DNA of 64,000 nt, taken from contig JBHGNT010000001.1 of the NCBI GenBank assembly GCA_043228905.1, positions 10,044,001-10,108,000 of the forward strand, in the 5' to 3' direction. The translations under genes were made by a program, and so were the position numbers. This document shows, piece by piece, positions 38,384 through 49,436 of the stretch. This DNA is from Azolla caroliniana. Lineage: Eukaryota; Plantae; Polypodiophyta. The stretch's first letter is position 1. The number at the start of each line of letters is the position of its first letter. Under the pieces are notes generated by a model. It made no database searches. It was given only the letters and a program-made list of their open reading frames with translations, and was not told the DNA's origin.

Positions 38384-39648
38384 AACATGCGAACACGTCG
38401 CTAAATTCTGTGAGGAGGGTGATCAAAGACATCTCCTCGTCCGACTGGAGATCTGCGGCTATGAACACTGGTTTGGAGTCCGTCCCTTTCCCGAGGTTGA
38501 TTTCTTTCACCCTTGCCGGTCCATCATAGACTTCTCCTAGGCCTTGGGGGGTGCGTTGTGGTCTCTTACAAGCCACTGCTCGATTCTCTTGTTCATAAAG
38601 TTTGAAATGCTCTGGGAAGTCCACTTCCGTCGAGGTCTTCTGAGTGGTCATGGCGTCACTTGGACGTGTGAACCAGGTCTTCATCCTTTACGTCCACTTG
38701 TTTTCGTTGGGATCTGAGGGTGGTGACGTTGAAGCAAGAGATTGTGTCTCCATCCTCATCACAACACTTTGTACCTATAGGGTACATTGCGTCGGTTGTG
38801 GCGAGAGCATGTACCCAATTCATCTCTGACGTCTCGGAAGTGACGGATTGGTCGTCTCTCTCACGTACGTTCCCCTCTTTGGAATTGGCGGGTTTTTGGG
38901 GAAACGGTTGGCCTCTGGCCAAGAGTTGAACTGTCTTTATGGGGTTGCACGCTAGGAGGTTGGTCTCGAACTCGGTGGTTTTTGACCAATCGTCTACGAG
39001 AGGGCTGCCTTCTTGTTCATGCAGTTTTTGTGTGTATGCTTTGATGTGGAAGGTTTTGTTGTCTTTACGCATATAAATTGTATCGTTCCCGAAATCCGTT
39101 ACCAGGAGGCTTATATGTAGGAATGGTCTTCCTAGTAAGCACTCGTAGGCCACAAGGTTCGATGATCTTGTGACGACGAAGGTGAGATTGAACTCCACTC
39201 CGTGGATAGTGAAGTGATGCGTAGGGATCATGCCTTTCGGCCTTTGGATGGACCCATCTGCCATTCGTAGTTTGACATCTGAAGGAAGCATTTTTGGGCT
39301 CCCCCACTTACACCAACATTCGTAGCTGATGATACTTACCCTTGCTCCGGTGTCAATGATTGCGTCACACGTCTTACCATTGACGTAGACTGGTAGAGTG
39401 AAACTAGTATCGTCACTCTCGAAGTGAGCTTCACGTATATTGACTAGTGGTCCTTCAGGTTGCTTGAGGACTATGGACGTATGAGGAGCATGTGTGTGTA
39501 TCCATTGAGGCGTCGGAGAACATCGTGCCATGGTTGAATGTTGAGTTTGAGTAGTTGTTCGAGCGTGAACTCTATCTCCTTGGCGAGTAGAGGTCGTAGT
39601 AGGGGGTTGTCGGCTACGAAGGTGCCAGTGTAGCTCTGCACTTCGCAT
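38384..39648 (-). pseudogene. Gypsy-1 canonical aspartic protease and PR-RT linker
   Basis: DAIIDTGARVS..MADGS..CLLGRPFL; linker VKEINLG..PVFI..LLTEFSDVFA. Confidence 0.85.
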
Positions 39649-39821
39649 AATGTAGGTCGTAATCTTAAATTTAAGATTTGCTGGAGTAGGGCTGTGTTGA
39701 CCTCTTTGATCAGGGTAGGATGGCAGGTGGGGGTGTCAGTTGGTGTGACGATGGGGGAAGGTGAGGGGTTTACCCATTCTTCCAGTTGGTCGAAGTTTAA
39801 GCTTGGGAGACTAAGTGATTT

Positions 39822-41884
39822 TTAGAACTGTTCATGGCGTATGAGTTTAATGTATTCTTCAACCTTTTGTTTCTCAACTACTGGGTTTGGGTATGCCGCT
39901 AGATGTGCCGGTAGTTCTTGGTTAGGATTGACGAGTAATGTTTCTATGTCTCCCTCCGGTTCTTGACCTTGTTTTGAGGCTTGCGTGGATGTATTTTTTC
40001 TAGATTTTCGTCTCTTACGCGTGGCCGCGGGGAGACCTTGATCTTGGTATTTTAAATTGTGAGCTACTCGCTGGGCTCGTGTGATGACATTGGCGCCGAT
40101 CGTGGATGGTACAATGGACAACAGATTTGTGCTGACCCTTTTCTTCTTTTCTGGGCAATCAAGTACTAAGTGTTCCTTACTGCACCCTGGGCATGATGCT
40201 TCTCTTTGGAACCATTCGATAAGATCTTGCGACTGTTGGGTGAGACCTTGCACCAGTGGTTGTGGGGGTGTGTCAAGTGGGGGATGTCGTGGTCGTTGTG
40301 CCATCCGGTTGTAGTATTCATGTTTGGTTGGGCATTCGCTAACCATATGTGGGCCTTGGCAATTGAAACATTTCAATTCTGACCTCCTTAGACTGTTGTT
40401 GTTGCGATATCCCATTGGGGGCCCATGTTGTTCCCCTCTTAGGACGTACACTGGTATTTGGTCACCTTCAAAGTCCACGAAGTGGGACAACACCTCTTCT
40501 TCAACACCATACTCTCGGTACGAGTCTTCATATTAGGGGGCGCTCGCCCCGACCTGGGTTTGGTTATCCGTGGTATATTCTAGTTCGGCGAGGCGGGCGC
40601 CGATGCGTGGTAGTGGGGGTTGTTGGGGGAGTATCGCTGGTAGTTGTGGGCAGCTAAGCGGTGGAGGTGAGCATGGGTGCTCTACCGTTGGTGTCTGGCC
40701 GTACCTTTTGGTGGGGGCCAACAGTTCTCTTGAGGATGCATCACGAAAGCTTTGCACCACTTACAATATTGCGGCCGTCGTAGATGGAGGAGGGGACACT
40801 CATGTCCTGTGTGGTGGTCGTGGCATACCGTGCACCTTACATTTTCTCTTTGGGTGTATGCTTGGGGTCTTTCTATACGGGGTGGTCGTGGGTTGTTCGT
40901 GGGTGCTTGAGTGGGTATCCGTAACCCACTCATTGAATCTTCAAAGGTCATCACTACTGTGCAGGCTTCAATGAACGACCGACACATCATGGCAATCAGG
41001 AAATTTTGGAGTGTCGGATCGAACAACCCATTAATGAAATGGCTCATCAATTTGTCGTCTGACATCTTGTCACTCGGACTACAATGATGGTGCAGGATTT
41101 TCGTGCGATGTATGTAGTCCCTGACTGTTTCGTTCGCTTCTTGCTTGGGCGAAAAGTTGGTAAATCGGGTTCCATTTATTCCCTTGACGAGCGAAGTTTA
41201 TCAAGAAATCTTCAATGACATACTCGAAATCCGTGGCGATGTCTTCATTCAAGGTTCGAAACCAAATTCCGGCTTGGTCATCAAGTGTAAACCCAAACCG
41301 AGAAAACGGGGTACGAGTTTAGAAATGGAAGCACTCTTCCCGCTGTCGTTTGTGAGGTTTCTCGGATGGTCTGTGGGTGCGCGCTCTTTTTCTATCAATG
41401 CTACGAGAGTTTGGATGGATTGTAGCGCTAGTGCGAGTTCGGCGTTTGGGGGTGTAGGGGTAGCTTGGTCGGGTGTAGGGGTTGTGCCCATGCGTGGTGG
41501 TGTCGGGTGTCGTTGTGTGTGGGCTTCGTTTGGACTATCGCCCATTGTGCTCGAATTCGGTACGGGGCCGCATTCATGACCTCGGCCATGCATGTATGAC
41601 GATGTTTCGAGGAGGTGAAGTTTTTGTTGCACTCGTGTGAATCTATCTTTCCTTTCCGCCAAAGCGGCTTCGATATCTTGAGTGATGCTTTCCGGTTGTC
41701 CTCCTTTCACGAGCTGTACCGTCCATAGATTGATTTCGTGTTCTATCACCCGTAACTCCTGCGCGGCGTCTCGTATGTGTCGCTCTGTGTTGAGTGGGTC
41801 TGCCATTGGGCTCTCCTGTAGTGGGGGCGTGTTGAGAGGTGCTTTAGTTCCTGGGCTCGATGGGAGGTTCACGTTTGGTAGCAT
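39822..41884 (-). pseudogene. Gypsy-1 gag, fragmented, with several Cys/His knuckles
   Basis: SHFINGL capsid-type motif. Knuckles CTVCHDHHTGHEC, CKWCKAFVMHPQENC, CFNCQGPHMVSEC and CPGCSKEHLVLDC. Confidence 0.75.
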
Positions 41885-42536
41885 CCCTGGAGTTAGCCAC
41901 CCTCTATGGTACCGAGTCAGGTTAGGTGGGACGACATCGTGTGTTTGGTTGGTTTGGGTGGATTCGTCCTGGTGTGTGGGTCAATGAGGATCCGGCCATG
42001 TTTTCTTGTCAAGCTTTTGTAGGTTCGTCGAACTTTGAATCTTTCGTTGAATGATGAGGGTTCGTCGAATGACCAACCTTCGTCGAATGAGGAACCTTCT
42101 TCGAATGATGAACCTTTGTCGAAGGATGCTTCCCTTATCGAACTCTGTTCTTTCGACGAACTTTGCGTGGGGAATTTGAATTTGTTGGCGCCAACGGTCA
42201 TTTTGTGTCCCGTGGGATAATCGTAATCCGCGAGAATTGTGGTGGTTATGCTTGCCTTGTAACGGCTCAATCTCCACAATGTTTAGTGTTAACTGAACGA
42301 ATAGCTTGTTGATGTCCGGGCGATTAAGAGGGGGTAGTTCAAAACTTCTTTTAAAAACAGAAAATCAACTTAATTAAACTATGAATTAGTGGGAAAAACA
42401 GAAAATCAACTTAATTAAACTATGAATTAGTGAGAAAAAACAAAAAATAGTGGTTCCCTTTTCAATTTCTTCCTTCGTTAAGTGGGTTGCCTACGAGTTT
42501 TTGACTACTCAAAATAGGCTTCAAGCGTCGGTAGTA

Positions 42537-42554
42537 TCCCCGGCAGCGGCGCCA
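42537..42554 (-). promoter_or_regulatory. Primer binding site of Gypsy-1 (tRNA-Asp)
   Basis: TGGCGCCGCTGCCGGGGA lies 6 nt inside the 5' LTR and is complementary to the 3' end of plant tRNA-Asp with one mismatch. Confidence 0.85.
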
Positions 42555-42560
42555 AATAGA

Positions 42561-43127
42561 TGTGAAGGATCTATATATCGATGGAGTAAATTCCTCGATG
42601 TTGTTGCGGGATTCAGACCGGCATATACCCTTTTGATGACAAATCGGGCGGAGATGGTTGTCGAACACCTCCGAGCCTCACACTCACTTAGCAACTTAGA
42701 GATGATTAAGCACAATATCTCTCTCACTCTCTCAAGCTCACTCTCATAGACAATGAGGTAATGAATGTAGACAACAAGAGTAATGAATATATTTATTAAC
42801 CCTCTTTACTAAGAGGTCTAGCACCAACAAGGAAGAGAGATTAGTGTTCTCTAACTAAACACTTCACTAATATCTCTTAAGCTTAAAGGTTACAAGAAGG
42901 AGAAGAGGAAGCTCTAGCTCTTAATCACCTAGGAGATCTTTTCAAATGGGAGAACCCCAACAAAGCCACTACTATGTGGTTTATATAGCTTTCACGTTTA
43001 GGGTATGGGCCTTTCACACTTGGACGTCTCTTTGCTTCTTTTCCTCTTGTTGTTTCCTTTTCGTACTACGTCCTTCTTGATGCGCTCTTATTCGTGACTG
43101 GTTGTGTTGTTATCCTAGCACTTAACA
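42561..43127 (-). repeat. 5' LTR of Gypsy-1
   Basis: Direct repeat of 28371-28937. Confidence 0.95.
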
Positions 43128-43132
43128 ACACT

Positions 43133-43660
43133 TTATCTACATTATCCCGAAATAGAGAATTTCCAAGAAAGGTTGATTAAGCAATGCATCCCAAGTAGAC
43201 CGCTTCTCCTTAATTAGAAATGGCTTGATCCCATCCCATGCCCTTATGATTCCTAACAAAAATCGGTTAGAAGCTAGATCCCGCCTTGACGTTTGTACAT
43301 CATTCAAGAACAACCATTTTAGAGAGGCAGACCAAAATCCCCCCGTCCTAGGACTTAACTTTATTAGTTGGTTTGGAAACATTCCTTTCCAGGCTTCTAA
43401 CCTTGGCAACAATCCTCGAATCACAAACTTAACCAAGAGGGCTCTTGACTACATCAAAGGATCTATCAAACCCAACCCTCCATGGATTTTAGGTTGAATC
43501 AGCACCTTCCAAGCAACTTTGTCTATTGTTCGAGATCCATTTTTTCCTCCCTAGAGGAAATTACGAATCAAGCTTTGCACTTTCATTATTGTTGACCTAG
43601 AAAATAACCAAATAGAAACTATAAACCACATAGAGGCCAAAAGTATTGAATTTGCTACTA
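43133..43660 (-). mobile_element. L1-type LINE, upstream portion (post-RT region), 5'-truncated
   Basis: The minus strand reads VANSILLASMW..LIRNFL..KVAWKVLIQPKIHGGLGLIDP..LLVKFVIR. It joins 28370 across the ACACT TSD. Confidence 0.8.
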
Positions 43661-44149
43661 CAACCCAACCTGCAAAGGACAATTGTTGGGCATCCCAGTA
43701 ATGAAGTTTATGCTTTCCCATCTCTTCTTAAAAACCTCGTGCTTTCGAAAGACGACATCTGAATCACCTTTGATAGCATCATATTCTCTTTTAGTGTATG
43801 CACCAAGGTCACCCAATTCTCCTTGACTACATCCACAACATTCCATTAAATTTGCTGAAATATCCTTCAACATCTACTAGTTCGCAAAACCCATATGGTT
43901 ATTGAACTAATCGTCTCCCAAACCACTCCATTCTAGATTGAATTAATAGGCATACATGGCGACACTTCCTCAACATATCGACCACTTGTATATAATGCAA
44001 AGTTAACATTTTCTTTTTCATAATCTTGTACCTCACCCTTACTATCATTGTGTCGTTGTGTGAAACGACCAAGAGAAAGAGGTTGGTTGACGGCCTCACC
44101 AAGAAAGAGAACACCGAAAGGTTTGCCAAAAAATTCCACGAAAGGAATC

Positions 44150-44852
44150 TGTCATGACACATAGTTGGTGAGCATTGAACCTGCAACCTCACATCAACAA
44201 GATGTCATGCTCAACCATTTTAATATGCGCATGTATTTATATAAAATAGTTTAGTATTGTATAGTCTAGCATATGATACATTTCATAATCAAAATATTCT
44301 AGTAGTTCGTATATTCTAGAAATATTGTACGGTATATTCTAGAATACATCAAATACATAGTAGGTGAGGATCGAACCTCCAACCTCACATCAACAAGATG
44401 TCATGCTCAACCATTTTGAAATGAGCATGTATTTATATATAATAGTTTAGTATTGTATAGTCTAACATATCGTACATTTCAGTATCAGAATATTCTAGTC
44501 GTTAGTATATTCTAGAAATATTGTACGGTATATTCTAGAGATATTTCTAGAGTATATTCTAGAGATATTCTAGAGATATTCAATCTCGGAACTTGTATAA
44601 ATACTTTTAATCTCCTTGGTCCCTTTCAGAGGATTCGACACCATTCATTAACACATCAATCTAGTATTCTCGTTTCTCCCCATCTTATCTCGTTGATCTC
44701 CATCTCAGTCTTCATTCTCTTGTGCCATTCCCAGTGTCTTAAGTTCCTCGCATCATTGTTCCCAACTTCCCGAGCTTCTCGCCTCGTCATTTCTAGTTCG
44801 TAGCCCAACCATCCATGCTTCGTCCAAGTCCACGGTTGGTGTGTACGCGACA
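44150..44852 (+). mobile_element. Solo LTR (703 bp) with two tRNA-like modules
   Basis: Ends TGTCATGAC..GTACGCGACA, flanked by TSD GAATC (44145-44149 and 44853-44857). Internal 196-bp duplication, ATATTCTAGA repeats and TATAAATA at ~44596. Confidence 0.8.
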
Positions 44853-45606
44853 GAATCCAAGAATGCCCAATGATTCCTTGAGCGTCCATGGAATCCACGA
44901 GTCCCCATGTATGGTTTTGGTGCACACAACACCAAGGACACTTTTGTGAATTTACACAATTATGGCTCCATGTAAACATCGTTGACCAAAGGATCCGAAC
45001 CTTCGTATACCCTATTAGTAGCAAACTATACAAGAGTGATTGTCAATTGGTGTTGAGCCTCCAGTCTCATAACTCTAACTTTACTAGCTCTCCCTCTCAC
45101 ACTCTCTCGAATTAACTTCAATTTAATAAGTTAAATAGGTCTTAATGAGTCTTCATAACTAAGTACAAATATACATAATGTAAATACACATGTATAAAGA
45201 CAACAGTCGTTTCTTTCCATATCAAAGCATACGATACAAAAACAAGAGATTGAGTGATTTGGGTTTGGCTAGTTATCATCTTATATTAATCACTCTCTAG
45301 TTGAAGTGGAAGATTATAAAGGGTTGGAGATCTAGTTAAGATTATATGAAAGATGAAAACCCAAAAAGGAAGAAGAGCTATCTTTTAGTGACTTTTATAA
45401 CTTTTTACAATGCGGTTGGGCTTCTTTCACATTTTAGTGCCATTTAACTTCCAGTTTTGGATGAGATTTGTTTTGTCTCCCCTTTCATAGTGTATCTTTG
45501 AGCTTTATGTGTACTCTTGTTATGGGCATAACCATAATTGATCACGTTGTAGTTTGTACCATAGTATTCTACATACGAGAATAAAAACGTGAGGGTTAAT
45601 TAAGAG

Positions 45607-47690
45607 TGTAAGGAAGGGAGGATTACCTTTAGCCCTATGGATTCAGACAACTGTTAAGGTCCAAGTGTAAACTTACTTGGGGACCTTAGGTCTGGCTATA
45701 AATATGAGGCCCAACTATCCTCATTTGACACATTATTCAACTAGTCGAGAATATGACCTTTTGGTCTATAGACTCTTGTTGCGAGCGCGCCAATATCAGG
45801 TATGACTCGATTCCATGGTAATGGTATGGGATGCCATTCAAGGCTCGGGTTTGTCTTGATCTCTTCGTTTAGGGGTGGCTAAGTGGATTGACACCCTTTT
45901 TTCACTCTCTCTTTCTCTTTACTATCTTTTATGTATTTCCTTATTTTATGCTTCTATTAGAAATAATCTTGAACAACTCCAATGTTAGTGTCTTCCCGGC
46001 TCGTGTCCCGGATAGTAGGTACTTAGCATCCCCCAACCTAATGAGTGCAGACTTCTGGGTGCACCCACCACTAGGAGTGGAGTAGTGAGTTGAATGGGGT
46101 CGGGTGTGGAAATGATGAAAGCTAAGCCAATTGGAAGGGGGGGAATAGGAGGTGTTGTACGGGTGGGATGATTGGGGTGGTGGGTTGGAGGGAGGGGAGT
46201 TGGTGGAGAGGAGAATGGAGTAGGGGGAACTTGGTGTTCAAGGGAGAGGTGTTAAAGGCAGAGTAGGAAGCATTATAAACATTGGATGTTGATACGGTAA
46301 GTCAAATGTACCGGACTAGGGGGGTGACTATGAAGAATTCTTTTACATTGGTGGACAAGCGGTGTAGAGAGCAAATATTTAGGGTGGTGAGCGGTTAAAA
46401 TTGGCATAGGGAGGTATGAGCTGTGTGCTAACCATCATTTCAAAATCCCAATGGTAGGTGGAGGGTAGGATGTTGACACTCATTCATGGGTTGACTAGCT
46501 AGTGTTTGGTTAGGCCACACCATGACATCGTAGACTATTGCAATTTACATGGTTCTTGTACATTTGGGTGGATAGCATCCAAGTTCCAAAACTCACATTT
46601 CTCTCTTCAAATAATGGATAATAGTGTTGCTTTCCAAGGTAGTATGCTTCACACATTCATTTGATTTTCTTTGAGTGTTTGGAATCTAATGATGACTCCT
46701 CTTCCTCTTATCTAAAAATATTTATGTGGTTGATTCATTTGTGCTTGCACATTTTTTTTAAGTCGTGGTCTTTTCCTCTTTAGCAAACATCATCGATTTC
46801 ACTTTCCTTTAGTCTCTTGGATGAACATTCTGCCTTTCGTTCACAATGAGAAACTAAGTACTCTTTTTCCTTGAGTTATTTGGATGAAGCTCCCATGATT
46901 ATTGACACATTTTTGCATTACTTACTCCATGATATTTGTTTGAGAGAACTAAATTCTTCGTAATCATGGGGACATGTAAGACTTTCTAAAGTACTTGAAT
47001 TGTCCATAATTGTCATCGAATGCAACATCATTGACGTGTTCAATTGGGTGCACCGTTTCATTGCCCTCAATATTATTGGATTGTTTTAGTCTCTATAAAT
47101 CACAAAACCTCTCATTGGCAATAAGCAATGAAGCACACATCCAACAAACTTGCGTTTGTCGACATAGATTTTCCTTTGTGACTTATCATGAACTCTCTAT
47201 TGCCATTCTCATTATTGGAGTTGAAGGCATAGTTTCTAAGTCATCACAAACAGTTGGTTGTAGTTTTCATGTTTCAGATTTGGTTGTGTAGTTGGTACTT
47301 GTTGACCATTGGCGACATCACCATTCAATTTCTTATGGTTGATTGTCTCAATTTGGTGGGGCTTTCCAAAATACCATCATTGTATATATTTGTGGGGTTT
47401 TATTTATGACCATTGAAACTCTCTCTTGTTCTAGATTAGTGCCAACTTTCTTAACAATTTTCTATGTCACGATCGCCAACCACACCAATTGATCTTCTAA
47501 TTACTTACATCTTCATTGGATGGGAGAACGTGCATCCTTGGGAGAACATTTTTATACTAAAACCAAAACCTCATTGGGAGAACATTTTTCTTTTAAAAAA
47601 ATCACTAGCCAGCCATGATGGTTCGATAGTTGTTTACATTATTACATCTCCACCTTTATGTAAAGGTTTGATCAAATTTGTAGTCCAATT
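45607..47690 (-). mobile_element. Decayed Gypsy remnant: probable LTR at 45607-46028 plus degenerate internal sequence
   Basis: TGTAAG..CTTAGCA termini followed by TCCCCCAACCTAATGAGTGCA, nearly identical to the PPT flank of Gypsy-1 at 28938. The internal boundary is uncertain. Confidence 0.5.
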
Positions 47691-47759
47691 GTAGGGCATG
47701 CTATACTACAATGCATGATTAAACATATCACTTATCCATGGATGTGCTTCCTTTCATAT

Positions 47760-48968
47760 ACATTTGAGCAATTTCAACCGTTATACATTGAAGGTTTTTG
47801 AAGTCCTATGCATAAATCTTCAATTGTAAAGAAGGGAGACATATGTGAAAAAGAATCATAACACGTCATTTTTTCAACAAGAGGTAGCTCATATAAATTT
47901 TTACTATGCATAGATAAGTTAAGAAGCGTTAAGTCACAATAACTCTGAACACGTTTCCATTTATATATTCCCCAAAATTTAGCATATGGATGTGTTTTTT
48001 CTTGTGTTTGAGAAATTGTTGAGTACCTTCCCATATTCATCTCTTTCTTTAAATAAGCCTTTTGTCCTCATTCAATTGCTTTTGATAATTTTCTTTATCC
48101 TTGACTACATCCAAAATCATAAGGCAATTCCAAGCTTCATGGAATTCTTCATCAAACCATACTTTATACATGGGTGCTCACTTATAGTTCATGCTCAAGT
48201 ATGTTTGTTTATTATCTTCAATGGCCTTCTCACAATCAAACATATGCATACATTTGATGTCAAGTCCAGTGATCGAATTCCAGTGTCCATTCACCAAGTG
48301 AGAATATGTGTACATACGATCCAAAATACCTTTGGATACTAGCACATAGTCAATCACACTATTTCCATTGTGTTTTCTACATGTAAAACTATTAATGTTG
48401 GGCCATAAGGATACAATATCATTTGCAATAAGAATTCCTGTATTATTGCACATTTGTAGGAGTAATTTCCCAAACTTGGTCAGTATACTTTTTATCACTA
48501 GAAGAGCCACTATACATTTGTATATCCTTTTGCATCCTTGAGATATGTAGCGTGAACGATTGTTGTGCATCAAGTCGGAAACATCTTGTATAGGCATTCA
48601 TGTCACCAAGGACAATAATTATGCCTTTGTATTTGAAATAAGGAATATCATCTTCTAGATTGGCAAAAGATTGATCTTTATCTAAACAAGCATAAACGTT
48701 AGGGGTTTCTATTTTGAGCCATATGTAGAATTTATGGTCATCATTTTTTTATGATTGACACATATTTCTTTATTTCCTTCTTAATCAAACATGTTAGCCC
48801 TCCTTGTCCTCATCACTGTCTTAGATTTTTCACCCATATCAAATAGTGTACATTATAGTTTCCTAAACCTTGATTCCTTTTCATGCTTCCATTTTTCAAC
48901 AAGACGTGTGATATCTGATTCATTTGTGAACTCCTCTATGCCAAATCCTGTATTCCATGGGTATCTAT
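47760..48968 (-). pseudogene. LINE apurinic-endonuclease remnant
   Basis: The minus strand gives IIVLGDMNA (~48610), FGKLLLQMC and SFTC..GNSVIDYVLVS, the APE-type endonuclease motifs. Confidence 0.7.
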
Positions 48969-49399
48969 TGTTAGGAAACAGATCCCTCCGGATGGGATAG
49001 GAGTACCCGGCAACGGAAGACCCGGTGAGAACCGGATGACGAGTGCCCGGCAAGAGCCGGATGGTGAAGGCCCGGTGAGAACCGGATGACGAGTGCCCGG
49101 AAAGAGCCGGATGGTGAAGACCTGGTGAAAACCGGATGACGAGTGCCCGACAAGAGCCGGATGGTGAAGACCCGGTGAGAACCGGATGACGAGTGCCCGA
49201 CAAGAGCCGGATGATGCAGGCCCGGTGAGGAGTGCTCATCGGATGAAGGGACATATTCGTAAATATGTTTTTGAGAGTCCATTGGGACTATATTTGTAAA
49301 TAGCCGAAAAGTCATATTAGTGTAAATATGACTTAGGGCAAATTTAGAGAGAGAGGTGTGTGATTATCGTTGTCGCGATAATTTTGTGCGTAATTGTGT

Positions 49400-49436
<37 letters not shown>

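Larger units (their letters stand above)
28371..43127 (-). mobile_element. Full-length Ty3/Gypsy LTR retrotransposon (Gypsy-1; non-chromoviral, Athila-like PBS), mutated, with a nested Copia
   Basis: 567-bp LTRs at 28371-28937 and 42561-43127 (TG..CA). TSD ACACT at 28366-28370 and 43128-43132. PBS TGGCGCCGCTGCCGGGGA and PPT AGGTTGGGGGGGA on the minus strand. Domain order gag, PR, RT, RH, INT. Confidence 0.95.

Noticed and set aside
44361-44429. Functional tRNA gene
   Set aside because: No acceptor stem and only a 5-nt anticodon loop. It is reported only as a tRNA-like module.
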